Assembly (NCBI RefSeq): GCF_009834535.1
Contig: NC_045700.1
Location: 87,296,001-87,360,000 of the forward strand
Direction of reading: 5' to 3'
Source of the DNA: Camelus ferus
Lineage: Eukaryota
Length of the DNA: 64,000 nt
In this document: positions 36,271 to 49,765 of the stretch, one piece after another
Position numbering within the stretch: position 1 is the stretch's first letter
How the letters are laid out: every line of letters begins with the position of its first letter
The notes under the pieces: generated by a model
The model's database searches: none
What the model was told of the DNA's origin: nothing
What the model saw: only the letters and a program-made list of their open reading frames with translations
Position numbers and translations under genes: made by a program

Positions 36271-37732
36271 TACTTTTAGGTACAACGTGGTGCTATCTTT
36301 ATTTTGATCTTTTCTTCTCTTGCTTCTATCTTTTTCTCTTTATCCTTCTTTCTTTCTACCTCACTTTCCCGTCTCCCTTCTTACTTTTCCTTACCCTTTC
36401 TCCTACTCCTTTACCATAATCCTGGCAGGGACTCTCCCAAACATGGCTAAATCCACCGTTTATGAAGGGGTCCATGGAAATGCTGGCTCAGAAATACAGA
36501 ATTCTTGAATTTTTAGAGACAGGCCCACAGAATTCATTGTTGGTACTTTCCCTAAGAATGCCTCTTTCTTAGCTTAATCCTGTTACCCGACAATTGCTTA
36601 GCTGGACACAGGACCCCGAAACCAGGGATTTTCATGTTTTATCCCCAGAATTGCCTCAACCACACTTTGTCTTTTAAATTATTTATATGTAGCTTGCCTA
36701 TTTAACCAGGAAAATGTTTGTGAAGGGACCTAAAAAAATGTTCCCTCTCTGTGTGTCTGGATCCTCGAAACAAACACTTGTGATGTCAAGCATGTTTGTG
36801 AATGTATGCCTATATAAACTCAAATCTTAAAAATCAAGCCAGTTTTTAATATTTCTGTATATTCCACTAATGGCTGGTCATATACATGGGTGTACAGCTG
36901 TGTACATGTGCAACAGCCTCGATGAAAAACAGGATTCGTATGTCCTCTCTGTTTCTCCTTTAAAATGTGTAAATGAAAATTACAGAAATATTTAATTATA
37001 TTCCAAATAAGAAACAGGAATTTCCTTAGGCATAAATGGTTATTTTATGAAAGTTGCATAATACATCCTTATGCTATCTCGAAATTTAGAGGTCTGATAT
37101 ATTTTCTTTTATTTCAGAGTTTTAAACGTTCCCATCTGTATGTTAAAAATAAAAGCCCCAAATAAAATTCTTTTGCTCTAGATCAGCTGCCCCTGCAGTA
37201 GCACAAACTGTGTGATGTTCCTTTATAACGAGAGAGAATTTGTTTTCAGTGCCTCAGGACGTACAATGTTTTTATTAAACCCCATAGTGACAGAACTGAT
37301 ATTTCATTTTAGAAATAATTCTTAAAGTTGTAAATAATCCCAGAGATGTGTATATTTTCTTAAGAATATTGATTTGTAACTAAACTTATTATGGATTAAA
37401 ATTTAAAGTAACACGGAAGCAAGTAAATTACTTTATCAATGGTAAGTACTATATTCTGTTTCATAATGATTGAAACTCATGCTAGTAGCCAACTCAATAC
37501 AACAAATGTTTTTTTGGAATCCTACTAAGTTCAAGATGCTCTCTTAAGGGTTTCATGAGCTTTAAATATTATTAAGACACAGTTTCCACTTTCAAGGAAC
37601 TTTCGTTTAGAATAAGACAGGGACTGTGTAACTAAATAAAACAGCGAGATGCCAAAAGTCATCAGAGAAGTGTCTTGGGGAGTCAGCCGTCTGTCTGGGG
37701 TGATCAGGAACCACCCAGCTGAGGCTCTCGGG

Positions 37733-37900
37733 CAGTGGTTCTCACTTGAGGCCTCACCAATGATACTCATCTGGGCAGCTTTTGAAAATACTGATGCCCG
37801 AGTTCAGCCTCCAGGGATCTCGTTCGATAGGTCTGGAATGTAGTGTGGGACTTTGGAAGTTTTTAAGAGCTCCCCAGGTGATTCTATTGTGCCATCAGGG
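37733..37900. mobile_element. MER5A1-like MITE
   Basis: cagtggttctcactt...gaaaatactgatgccc...ttttaagagctccccaggtgattcta. Confidence 0.75.
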
Positions 37901-38031
37901 TATGGTTCTGAAGAATGGGTTGGATTTTGATAGATTAGGAGGGGGACTAGGGAGAGGGCAGAGGAGAGCCAGGGAGGCAACAAAAGGAGTTAACTTGGGA
38001 ACCACAGAAGGAGTAGAAGGAATTGGCTGAA

Positions 38032-38195
38032 TCCTGCTCTAAGTGTGGCCCATGAACTCACACCATGGGTTTCCCCTGGGAACTAGTTAGAAAGGCAGAC
38101 CCCCACCCCAGACTTAGTGAATCAGAATCTGCATTTTTAGAAGACCACCCTCCCCCAGATGATTTATGCCCACATTAAGGTTTGAGAAGCACAGG
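38032..38195. mobile_element. MER5B/MER5A-like MITE
   Basis: cctgggaactagttagaaa...ccccaccccagacttagtgaatcagaatctgcatttt...gtttgagaagcac. Confidence 0.75.
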
Positions 38196-38214
38196 CTGGA
38201 CCACAGGACAACAA

Positions 38215-38435
38215 TAAAGGTGATAATCACTGGCGTTCACATTGGCTGTGCTGTTTTGCACGTTATCATCTCATCTAAGCTTCCTATCAACCCGTAAGGA
38301 AGTATTTTTTATCATTTCCCATTTTCGAAATGACAAAACTGAAACTAAGGAAGGTTTGCTGGGATGCTCAGCTGGAAAGTAGTGGAGTAGTGACTGGAAC
38401 CCTAGACTCCTAACTGCAGAGCTCTTGCACCACAT
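38215..38435 (-). mobile_element. MIR SINE
   Basis: ataatcactggcgttcacatt...cccattttcgaaatgacaaaactga...actggaaccctagactcc. Confidence 0.75.
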
Positions 38436-38964
38436 TCATATAGCAAGTCACCACTTAAGTGGTCTGAAGGGGTCTGAGGGGCAGCCTGGAGGAGGGGGCC
38501 TTGTGAGATCCCCAAGTGGAAGCCTAAATCTGGGGTTAGGAAGAGCAGGCTTGTGAAAGGGCAAGGGCCCTACCCCCACCCCCTTGCCAGGGCCCCAGGA
38601 GGCAAACCCCAGGGCACGTGCTCTGCACACATAACCCTTCCCACCCTCGTCACCCCTGGCCTTCCACTCCAGGTTTCTAAACTGAAAGGACTTCTTGGTG
38701 CCTTAGAGGAAGTGTTCTAGGAAAACAATGACACAAGATAATAATCCCATACCAACAGAATGCCTGGTCAGTCAGACTGAAAACAAAAATCAAACACACA
38801 CTAAAGGGACATGCATTTCAGTATAACATGAAAATAAATGCCCCTTCCAAGTATTTCTCTCTTTTCTTATTTACTTTCCTGTCTCTTCCCTCTTTGTCTC
38901 TGACATACACATTTGTATTTACAGAAGTTACCTTAATACGAAAGAGCACGATGCTAAATAAACA

Positions 38965-39215
38965 NNNNNNNNNNNNNNNNNNNNNNNNNNNNNNNNNNNN
39001 NNNNNNNNNNNNNNNNNNNNNNNNNNNNNNNNNNNNNNNNNNNNNNNNNNNNNNNNNNNNNNNNNNNNNNNNNNNNNNNNNNNNNNNNNNNNNNNNNNNN
39101 NNNNNNNNNNNNNNNNNNNNNNNNNNNNNNNNNNNNNNNNNNNNNNNNNNNNNNNNNNNNNNNNNNNNNNNNNNNNNNNNNNNNNNNNNNNNNNNNNNNN
39201 NNNNNNNNNNNNNNN
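38965..39215. other. Assembly gap (251 N)
   Basis: Run of N. Confidence 1.
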
Positions 39216-39854
39216 AGTAAAAGAACTGTAAAAGATCTTGTGCCATATCAAATATTTCTAATACACTAAAATTGTCTTACTTCAAGTTTTCATGAAATCA
39301 TTTTTCTTTAAAACAAAAAATGGTGTGGGAAGGAAAGAAAGGGAAGAGGCTGAGACTTGAGAAATTCCCAAAGGAAAACATGGGGGCTGGGGGGAGGGCA
39401 TGAAAAGTAAACTTCAAGAGTCGAAGTTTTGGCCTAAGCCAGCTATTTTTGAACAACACAAAATATGGCTTGAGACAAAGCAGCTCTGCCAACCACGGTC
39501 GTCTGTCACCGACGTGGTGTAAGTCACCAGCACAATGCTAATTCCTGCTGCATGCTGCGCTGCTTGGAAGGTTATCCGAGGATAATCCTGGGAGATTCCC
39601 CAAGAATGCATGTTCTAGGCTGCATCCAGCTGTGTCAGCATGCTCCAACTCCATGATTCCGATGTCACTTTTCTGGGAAGTCTCACCTGCCTTTCCCGTG
39701 GGCTGTCTAGCACTTCCCTTCCCTCCCTCCTCACTCTAGCTGAGCTCCACTTCCTCTGAATTAGGACAATTCGATGAGACTCTTACCTACCCTGGAAATC
39801 TTTGGTATCTTCTTAAATGGATGTGTCCTGACCAACCCTCGAATGCTTGATGGG

Positions 39855-40025
39855 TTGGAGCCGGGTAACTGGGATGCCAGGCAAGTTACTTAATCTCTTT
39901 TGCCTCAGTTTTCTTGAGTATAAGTTGGGAATAATAATACTACATTCTCAAAAGTTTGTTGGAAAGGACCTAACAAGTTACTTTAAGTAAAGTGCTTAAT
40001 ACATTGGCAGGCACCTAGTAAATCT
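39855..40025 (+). mobile_element. MIR SINE
   Basis: ggcaagttacttaatctc...tgcctcagttttctt...aaagtgctta...ggcacctagtaaa. Confidence 0.75.
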
Positions 40026-40289
40026 GTGCGAATGTGATCCATGAGTCTGACTACCTTTGGGGCATTGCTGAACCAAATCCAAAGGGATGTTGTCTTGTTG
40101 CAGAATTGAGACAAAGGCTTCGAAGTATCCTGGTAGGTCTACAGCACGCACTGCAAAGATATCCCACATTAGCAAGTGTGACGTACATGTAAAAGAAGGC
40201 ACATACTGTCCATAGAACATCATCTGTGCATTTAAAACTCCAGTGTGGTCAACCACAGTGCTGTTCTCCTCCCAGTCTCCCAATTACCA

Positions 40290-41650
40290 AGCACAATCCA
40301 GAGTTTTATGTTTATTATTTCCTTATTTTTCTCTATAGTTTTGTTCTACATGGGTATTTCTAAACAAACACATGTATGTGTGTATATATATATTTATACA
40401 TATATTAATTTTGTCCATTTTTGAACTCAGTGTAAATGAACTCCTACTGTATGCATTTCCTGTGACTTGCTTTTTTCACTCTACATGAGTTTTTTTCAAG
40501 TTATCCTTGTTCATTGTAAAGCTGTAGATGCTTCATTTTCATTACTATATAATATCCCGTTTTTTGAATGCAACAAAATTTATTTTTCCATTCTACCTTG
40601 AAGCATATGTGGGGATTTTCAGTCATTATTAGAAGCACTACTGCTGTGCATGTTTGTACATTTGCCCGGGAGCCAGAGTCTGTCTAGGAAGTATACGAGG
40701 TGCGGCATTGCCATGGGGTGGGGTGTGCACGCATTTATCTTGATTGGGAAATGCTACCTTCCTGTTGGCACACAATTTACAGACTCTCCAGCAGGGTATG
40801 ATAATTTTGATTTCTCCTCGTTTTCACCCACTTTTGGTGCAGTCAGATTTAATTTTTGCCAGTCTGGGACCCACTTTTAATTTTTGCCTAAACAGTGTGT
40901 GTGAAGTCATACCTGAGTCTAGATTAGATGTGCAGTTTTTCTGATTACTGATGGTGTTCATGTATGTTTAAGGGCTCTTTTGGTCCCTCTTCTGTGAAAG
41001 GACAGGTCACTGCTTTTGTCTCCTCTCTTGTCTTTTTCTTACTGTTTCTCAGGGTACCAATTCTCTCTTGGTTATATGTGTTGCACATTTCATATTACAA
41101 TTTATGATTTATCTCTTCATTCTTTTTATGGTATCTTTAGGGGAAGAAAATTTTTTCATTTGAATAGAGTAGAATTTATCAATCTTTTTATTTATAATTT
41201 GTGCTTCTGCATCTTGTTTAAGATTACCTTCCCTCCCCGAGGTCATAAAGATACACTGTTAAATCTTCCTCTAAAATTTTAAAAACTGTGTCTTATCCAC
41301 TTGATGTCCTTAGTCCATTTGGGATTGATCCTTTGTAAAGTGAATTTGTGGTGTTTTCTGTGTGGATGGCTAACTGATTCAGCACCATTAATTGAATAGT
41401 CTATCCTTTCCCCAGGATCTGCAGTGCAGGCTCTGTAGTGTAAAAGGTTCCTGTATATGCAGGTCGATTCTAGGCTCTCTGTTGGCCTGTCGGTCCGTGG
41501 TCCATCTCTACATCAACACCACAGTGCTTCATTGCTATGGTTTTAGATAATAAGTCTTGAAATCTAGAATGGCACGTTCCCTCCCTGGTCCCTTTATTCA
41601 GATGTGTTTGCGCTACTAGGGGCTATTACATTTCCTGGCACATTTTAGAA
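40290..41650 (-). mobile_element. Old L1 (L1MB/ME-type) 3' UTR and ORF2 remnant
   Basis: gacttgctttttcactc...ttttgcc...gattactgatgg...cagcaccattaattgaatagtctatcctttcccc. Heavily decayed. Confidence 0.65.
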
Positions 41651-42244
41651 CGGTGCTTCTCACTTCCTGTGGGTCTTGGTCATCCCGGGTGCATCCTGCT
41701 CCAGTCTTACTGCTAAAAGCATATCCTCCACTGTTACTCTAAGATCTCAGATGCCAGGCCCTAGTGTGGGGTGAACAGGGACGATTTGTAGGGTCCTGAT
41801 GAAAGCAGTCAAGAGATTACGGAGTCAAGACAGACATCACCCTTATTGTCTATGTGAAGACTATAAACCTGTTTAAAGTAAAGCTTAAGACCCTTGCACT
41901 AGAGATGGTTCTTGACTCAATCACTGTAGCCTTGGCCAATCATAAACAAACCTGTTTCAGTCAAACTTTTTGGTTTGACATTTAAAAACTGGTAAACAAC
42001 ATAATTACTTCCTTTCACCCAAGGTCACAGTGCTACTCTCTGGGTGCTGTTAAGTTTGTTAGAATGTCTTAAATAGCTACAGTGTAGACTGAGACACAAA
42101 GAAGAATTAAATTAAAAGAGATAATATTTTATAGCAGTATGGAAACCCAGAGAAGGTCCCTTTACCCAGCCCCAAGTCACACAGTCAGAAAAACAACTCA
42201 AGTCTTTTTGCTTTCTGTCCAGTTGCAATTCTTTCTACTCTATA

Positions 42245-42415
42245 TCAGAGGTCAGCAACCTTTTTCTGGAGAGTCAGAAAGTAAATATTTGAAGCAACTG
42301 CTCTCATGGAAAGACTGATAGTGTTTTTGCATCTTTAGATTCTTAGCTCAAGGGCCATACAGAAACAAGTGGTAGACCAGATTGGCCCTGCAGGCGGTGC
42401 TTCCACCCCTGCTCT
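42245..42415. mobile_element. MER58A-like MITE
   Basis: cagaggtcagcaacctttttctg...agtaaatattt...gtggtagaccagattggccctgcagg...acccctg. Confidence 0.7.
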
Positions 42416-43739
42416 AAGCCACACCCATAAGATGTAAAGTCTTATTTCAGCCTTTTTGGTGATAAGAGGCATATGAAAATAAAGTTAGAGTCCCAGTGAA
42501 GTAGAGATTCTGATTGCATTTTCAAAGCAAACACAGATGAAACTATGTTCCTAGAAAGAAACTAACTCTCTGCAATATTATTTGAGAATCAGTTCTGAAG
42601 GTGACCTAAGTAAACTGGAGCCTGGTTCATTTCACCTTCCACGTATTGAGAAATCTGCGTGCCTCAGGGACTCTTAGGTACCAAATCACAAAGTTAGAAA
42701 TGGTAATCGATGTAAGTGATATAAGCGATAAAAATTCTTCATAAGGCAGTGAAACACAATGTCTCAGTATTATAATTCCTTAAATATGCGCACTGGGAAA
42801 GCAGGGTTATTAAGATATATTATACATTTTCTCCACTTAAAGATTAAAAGGGTGTGTTGAGTTATTCTTAGAGCTTCTTCAAAACAAGTATACTATAATT
42901 GTGAACATATTAGTTACGCCATTAATATTTCCAACGTTCTACTAGAGAAGACTTCTTTGAGAGGGGTTTTGCCCGCCTTACCATCTCTGATGTAGATGTA
43001 TGTTGTCTCATACATTTGAAAGGAAGCTGCATTTTCATGACAGCTTAGCATCCAAACCTTTTTTCTCTGTTTCTTTCTCTGAATCCAGATGACAACAGAG
43101 TGTGTCCAGACTTGTATCTTTTTTCAGTTTTGATTCTTTAAGCCAGAGCCTATAAAAGCACATCACAGTCCTAATGCTATCTTCTGCTGTACAGCTGGCT
43201 TTCTGGTCCTCAAATGCCTGTTCATCTTGAATTATAGGCACTGACTGTGTAAAGTGAAAAACATCTCAAAGATCTGTGTGTGGAGAACTTGAGACTGCCA
43301 AGTCCTTTGAAACATGGTCACGGGCATGGTTAGCCTCCGTCTCATTTATTTAGTGTCCCGTATTCTGAAGAGCCTTCTTGTGAATGCACAGAGCTCTGTG
43401 GTCTGGGCGTCTGCTTTAAGAACCTTCTTATCACATCATTACCCAAGGGCACTATTTACCGACTCCACAAAAATGAAAAGTGTGCCCAAAGATGTTTGTT
43501 TTCAGACTGACTCATTCCTGAGTGTATGAAACTTACATTCGAATTTTTGTTTCTGTTTTTTGTTGTTGTTGTGTAATTGCCTTAGAAGGTAGGATTGAAA
43601 TGAGAAATTAACATAAACTAAACCTAAAACAGACATTTCCCAGCAATGAATTTTAATTTTTTATGTTTGTGGATAAGTCAACAGGCTACCATCCTCTCAT
43701 CTGCATCATTTTTTTAAAGGCAAATTGCTGTTATTATTT

Positions 43740-44190
43740 CATCTCCTGATTATGAAGTAATACACATGCAAAAGTTTCAGAACAATTCAAGAAGGTGAAA
43801 AGTCAAATATGGAAGGCACCATAATCCCACCCCCAGAGATAAACATTTTTAACCATTCTATGTATATACTTCCAGAATTTCTACACATAAACATGTATGT
43901 TTCACACAAAAACGTGAAATATGATCATGCTGTTTTCTTCACTTAATGTCGTATCTTCTGTCCAAGATGATACATGTGAATGTATGTCATCTTTTTGCAT
44001 CACCATCAATCCTCCACTGTGCTGATGTGCTATTATGTGTGTAACCAACCCCTTACGAAATCTTGTTTGATTCATGGGCAAATTTATAGTCCCCTCGGTT
44101 GTTCCTAGCTTCATATGCGTAGGTATGCATTTCACGACCTTGGCATTCAATGATGGATGCTTTACCACTCACTTGATATTAAAAATTTAA
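43740..44190 (-). mobile_element. Old L1ME-type 3' fragment
   Basis: ccataatcccacccccagagataaacattttt...ttttcttcacttaatg. Confidence 0.5.
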
Positions 44191-44194
44191 TTAC

Positions 44195-44545
44195 AGTAAA
44201 ATGAATAAGAGAGTGTTTACATGCTACCACATGGGTGAAACTTGAGGCCATTATGCTGAGCGAAATGAGCCAGTTACAAAAAGACAGGTCACTTATCTGT
44301 GGTCCTAAGAGTCGTCACATTCATAGAGACAGAAAGAACTTAGTTGTCAAGGGCTGGGAGGAGTGGGGAATGGGGAACTGTTGTCCGATGGGTACAGAGT
44401 GCCAGTTTTACAAGATGAAAAGAATTCTGGAGATTAATTACACTATGTGAACACACTTAACACTACTGAGCTGAAACTTAAAAATGGTTAAAGTAGTAAA
44501 TTTTATGTGATGCATATTTTACCACAACCAAAACTTCTTTAAAAT
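44195..44545 (+). mobile_element. L1MB/MC-type 3' end
   Basis: gaaacttgaggccattatgctgagcgaaatgagccagttacaaaaagac...aaaatggttaaagtagtaaattttatgtg. Translates MKLEAIMLSEMSQLQKD, like the L1 ORF2 C-terminus. Confidence 0.8.
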
Positions 44546-45990
44546 GAGGGGATATTTTAAATATGACATATATTTTATTTAATAAAAAATGTAATATTTA
44601 CTTCTTAGTTATATAAACACAACCCTTACCTAGCAGTTTCAATTATTTGGAAGATAATACAAAACCCGGACAAGGCTTTAGAACTCCTGAATTTTGTATA
44701 TAGTTGAGGCCTTCAGACTGTACCCGGAGTCTCTTTATTCTGAATTTATAAGCAGTTCTACCAAACTCCAGTTACTTGATTTCTTAATCAATAACACACA
44801 TGAAATATTTAGAAATGCGTCAAGAAGTACCGACAGCTACAGGCAGCAGACCAACAGGAGAGAGAGGGAAGGGCAGATGTCAGTACCACACACACATACG
44901 AATCCTTCCTCAAAAAATATATATATTTGACTACTGAAACCACACACCATTCTGCAATCAAATGACACAGATGCAGTCTCTCAATACATGCAATACCATC
45001 ACTCAACAAATATTTCTTAATAATCACGTATGTGCCAAGAATCCATTAGGACAGTGACAGCAACAATACTTAGAAAAGGGAAATTATGTCACTGAAAGTT
45101 TATGTACAAAGGCAGAGGAGCATGTAAATACAGTGACGGATGATCAAAGTTGGGGCACTTTGAGGCATAAGCTTCAGTTATCTAGAAATTATAATTCGTA
45201 GAATGTTTCATATTTCCCAACCACCCTGGGTTCCAGTGAGACTCCGTTCACTTCTCATATATGGTTTAGTGACTTCATCTACTTCAACTTCACCCACTTT
45301 GCTCCTTTGGTAACCAAGCAATCCCTAAGCAGGTTTTTCACCAAGCATCAGGTGTGTGCACTATAGACATGAAGATATAGCTGGTTTTAAACATTTGCAA
45401 CAGAGTATCTTGATTTTAACCACATTGTTTCGTTGGCTATAGCCTTGTTTCATTTGGGCATTTGTGCTGGGGACCACAGTTTATAGATTTGGGCTGTAGA
45501 AAAAGCTGATATAGACAGAAAAAAATAATGCTTGATGCACACTATGGCATTCCATGATGGAGAATTTGGGGGGTCTTCCTCTCCTCTTCTGGGGAAGCTG
45601 TAAACTATGAAAAATTGTCAATATGTCATCTAGCAGTTTACTTAACATGGGAAGATTCAGAAATGAAATTTGTGGTTTCAGCAATTGAATTCAATAGTGG
45701 AGATAAATGTTCAAGCAAAATGTGCTCATTCAAAAGCCATGATCACTGCAGTCACTCATGGGACCTCATTATTATTATTATTTTTTTTTTTTTGGAGATA
45801 AAGTACTAAAATTTGGAGGGCTTCAAGTTAAACATTATTTTGGACATTACTGGATTTGCTTGCTCTGATGTGCAGAATGTTTCTGCAAACAAGACTGTGC
45901 TTGCTGGAGGGGAGAAGAGGTTCTCAGAACTGCTGTGATATTCACTTTCATCCATTAAAATACACAGAACTCCCAGAGTTAATGACTTTT

Positions 45991-46683
45991 TTATTGCAGT
46001 ATAGATGATCTACAATGTTGTGTTAGTTCCGGGTGTACAGCAAAGTGATTCAGTTATACATTTTATATATATATTCTTTTTCATATTTTTTCCCATTACA
46101 GGTTATTACAAGCTATTGACTATAATTCCCTGTGCTATACAGGAGGTCATTTTTGTTTATCTATTTATGTATAGTAGTTTGTATCTGCTAATCCCAAACT
46201 TCTAATTTATCCCTGCCCCCGTTTCCCCTTTGGTAACCATAAGTTTGTTTTCTATGTCTGTGAGTCTCCTTCTGTTTTGTCAATAAATTCATTTGTATCA
46301 ATTTTTAGATTCCACATATAAGTGATACTATATAAGATTTGTCTTTGTCTGACTTACTTCACTTAGTGTGATAATCTCCAGGTCCATCCATATTGCTGCA
46401 AATAGCATTATTTCATTCTTCTTTATGGCTGAGTAATATTCCATTGTGTATATACACTACATCTTCTTTATCCAGTCACCTGTCAGTGGGCATTTAGGTC
46501 TCGCTTCCATGTCTTGGCTATTGTAAATAGTGCTGCTATGATCTGTTTTCTCCAGATATATGCCCAGGGGTGGGATTGCTGGATTACATAGTAACTCTAG
46601 TTTTTTAAGAAACCTCCATACTGTTTTCCATAATGGTTGCACCAGTTTACATTTCCACCCACAGTGAAGGAGGGTTCCCTTCT
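45991..46683 (-). mobile_element. 5'-truncated L1 (693 bp) with a perfect 17-bp TSD
   Basis: TSD cagagttaatgactttt at 45974-45990 and 46684-46700. The minus-strand frame gives EKGTLLHCGWKCKLVQPLWKTVWRFLKKL...KCPLTGDWIKKM (L1 ORF2 C-terminus). Confidence 0.95.
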
Positions 46684-48619
46684 CAGAGTTAATGACTTTT
46701 GAAAAACCTGAGTGTGACTGAATATCAACATTGTGTGATGACTTAATAGCACTGCCCACCACACTGCTGCTCTCACTGGCCCTGACTGCCAAAGTCATCA
46801 TATTAAAAACAGCTGCATCATTTTCCAAGTCTGTATATACATATATACACGGATGTATATGTAATTATTTTGAATTTGTCAGAAGAGCTAAACCCTTTTT
46901 AGAATTTTCTAAATACAGTCTCGCATTTGGAAAGATGTCATGTGAAAACATTGCATTTTTTTATTAAGCTATGATACTGATTACATCTCTGTCTTAAGAA
47001 GACTCATTTAAACGCACTTTTGTTGTTCTTTGTGTGGTCTTCCTTCCAAAACTAACAGTGAAGCAAGCTATCTAGACGCCTGCTCTGAACAATCAAACTC
47101 TATTTCGGCAGCAACAAAAAGATATTTTTAATATTAGGAGCAAAGCAAAGCAAATATTAGGAGAGTGTGCAAATAGAACTCAGAGAGCTCCAACAGATAT
47201 CTGATGCTTAACATTTAGAAACTGAGTGACCTGAATTTCAATTGCTTTGCATTCTAAATTATGTTATTTTTGCCTACTTGCATTTTTTTATTCTAAAATA
47301 CAGAATTAATAAAAATTCCATTTATCATATCTCTTTTTTTGTATTTCAACAAAACAGATATCACCATTGTGCAGAATTTACTCATCTTCTGTTCTAAAAT
47401 AAAATTGCATGGATTGTAAATCTCTGTCCTCTGACCCAGTATTTCTCTCTGGTCTTTGCCTTTTCCATTCACTCTGCTTCCCAGCTCATGCATTCACTCT
47501 TCTCTTAGTTCTCCTCCCATATATCACGTTACACTCTGCCAGCTAGTGGATTTTTCCCCCAGTGCTAATCCTAAGGACTTGGTTAATTCTCACGTGGCTT
47601 TCTCCTTTATCTGCTCCTAAGATTTTATTTACTTGACTCCTGTCATCTGGTTGAGAAGAAAAATCCAGTCAATCATCAAAATGTCCAAAATATCCAAATG
47701 TTTGTTTTTCCAGAGATGCAGCTTACACGTCCTTATTTATTTTTGTAGGATGTTTCACTCCAGCTGTCATCGTGATAGTCACGTGCTTATCTCTTCACGG
47801 TCTGTCTTCAGTGCTGTGAAACATCGTATATTATTCCTGACATCTGCCTGGCTTCATTTTTAACCTTGCTGTAATTATAATCATATATTTTATATAGTGA
47901 TACAATTATATAAATTACACTTACCACCAACTTTATGTATTTAGCAGCTTGTAATCTGTCTTATAGAGTCAACATTCATTGAGCATCTATGGTTTACAGT
48001 TGTAGCCCCAGTGCTATCTCAGGGTATCCTATCCTCTGAGGTTTAAAACTACTTGAATTCTTTGCATGTCATCTCAAATCCATGCAAAGTCCAAATTCTG
48101 CCCAAGATTTCTGCAAATCCCCTGAGGTCTGCATTTTCTCAGTAGCTTCTCCTTCTGATTTCCTGTGCTTGCTGAAGACTGAATCTCCCCAACATCTCAA
48201 TTTCCACCACTCTTCTCCCAATCGTGGATCAGAGCAGGACAGAGAAGCCACTTGTTCAGTTTCCCCAGAATAAGGTAATTTTAAAGAACAAACTTAATTG
48301 ATGATTCAGAGACAACACAGGGAACTCCACCTGCATTTGTAATGTGTTATTTCTCACTCCGAGTGGTAAGCAAAAGGGTATTTGTTAAATCGCTCTGTAT
48401 ACCCTTCCATGCATAATGACTCGACTCCTGCCATTCCAGTATATTTATACTCAAACAGGCCCATGATGTCACATGACGCAGCTAAAGAGACAGCATCTCC
48501 CCTGGGAGAACTGCTTCTCTCCCCAGACCTGCCCTGTGAACTCCCTCCCCTGCTGGGAACACAGAGCTGAGTAAGTGTGGCCTCCTATGGGAAACTTCAT
48601 CGGGTAACAGAGAAAAGCA

Positions 48620-48990
48620 TGTAAACAAATAATTACAAAGCAATTAGGTATGGATTATAAGAGCAGTTATGCACAACACAGAGGAGAGAGCCTCTGACAA
48701 CCTAAAGGATTTAGGGACGTCGTCTTCTGGAAGGAGGTAACCTTTGAACTGCTCCCGAATGAGCCAAACTTAGCCAAGCAGAGTAACGGGTAGTGAGATG
48801 AGGGCATGCAGGCCAAAGAAGGACCATGTGGAAAAGCACAGGAATGTGGACGAGAGTGAGCGGGAGGAAGGGCCTCCGAGGCTGGGGGGGAAGAGGGACC
48901 AGACTACAAAGAGCCTCATACACCCTGCGGATGAGCATCGTGCTGATGAACAAGTAATTTTAATCAGGGAAGTGACATAATGCAATTTGG
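48620..48990 (-). mobile_element. L2 fragment
   Basis: gtaaacaaataattacaaagc...ttctggaaggaggtaacctttgaactg...gttttaatcagggaagtgacataatgc. Confidence 0.6.
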
Positions 48991-49139
48991 GGAATTTACT
49001 TACGGTTGGTGATTCATTCCACCTAGCCTCTATTTTTTTTAAATAAATGCTATTTTCTTATTTCATAAATAGCACAGAAAATAGTATCATAGTTTTCCAA
49101 GTGAGTCCCAGTTCCTGCTTCATGCTTGATGTGCTGAGG

Positions 49140-49310
49140 AGACTCTCAACGTGCAGTCTGGGGAACCCCTGACACCCAGTCTTCTAGGCTGCTTACTTCA
49201 AATGCAGATCCCAGGCCCTCAGACCTACTCTCTGAGGATGGGGTCCTGGAAAAAGCATGACTGCCAAGGGCGCCAGGTAATTAATGGATATGAAAAGTTG
49301 AAAGCTGCCA
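49140..49310. mobile_element. MER5-family MITE, degraded
   Basis: caaatgcagatcccaggccc...cagacctactc...ggggtcctgg...ccaggtaatt. Confidence 0.55.
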
Positions 49311-49565
49311 TCCTAAATTTTAGTTGGAATACCATGAAATGAAAGAGAGATTTTCCTGAATTACAGTTGGATTTGAACTGGTTGCCATCAAAGAAGGATG
49401 CTAATCGTGACAAATGCAACAAAAATATCCCAAACATTTATATATATATATATATATTTTAAAAAGCAAATTCAGGGTAACAGATTCTCTTCTTATCCTT
49501 TACAGAAAGTTGTATTCATGATTTATTGGCTTATGTCCAACCCTAATCAAAATGCTCATTGGACA

Positions 49566-49765
49566 AAGACCTACTGTACAGCACAGGGAACTATATTCAG
49601 TTTCTTATAACATATAATGGGAAAGAATCTGAAAACAAAATATGTATGTGTATGTATGTGTATAACTGAATCACTTTGCTGTACACCTGAAACTAACACT
49701 GTAAATCAACTACATTTAATAAAAATTTTTTTAAAAAATAAAACATAGCTGAAAATTTTTTTTAA
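49566..49765 (+). mobile_element. L1 3' end with a 17-bp TSD (1 mismatch)
   Basis: gacctactgtacagcacagggaactatattcag...actgaatcactttgctgtacacctgaaactaac. TSD aaaatg(c/t)tcattggaca at 49549-49565 and 49766-49782. Confidence 0.92.

Noticed and set aside
43058-43100. Strong acceptor (tttctttctctgaatccAG|ATG) and a 68-aa minus-strand ORF at 43035-43241
   Set aside because: No good donor within exon range, and the ORF resembles no protein I recognise.
46457-46828. 123-aa minus-strand ORF
   Set aside because: It is the L1 ORF2 C-terminus fused to flanking sequence, not a host gene.
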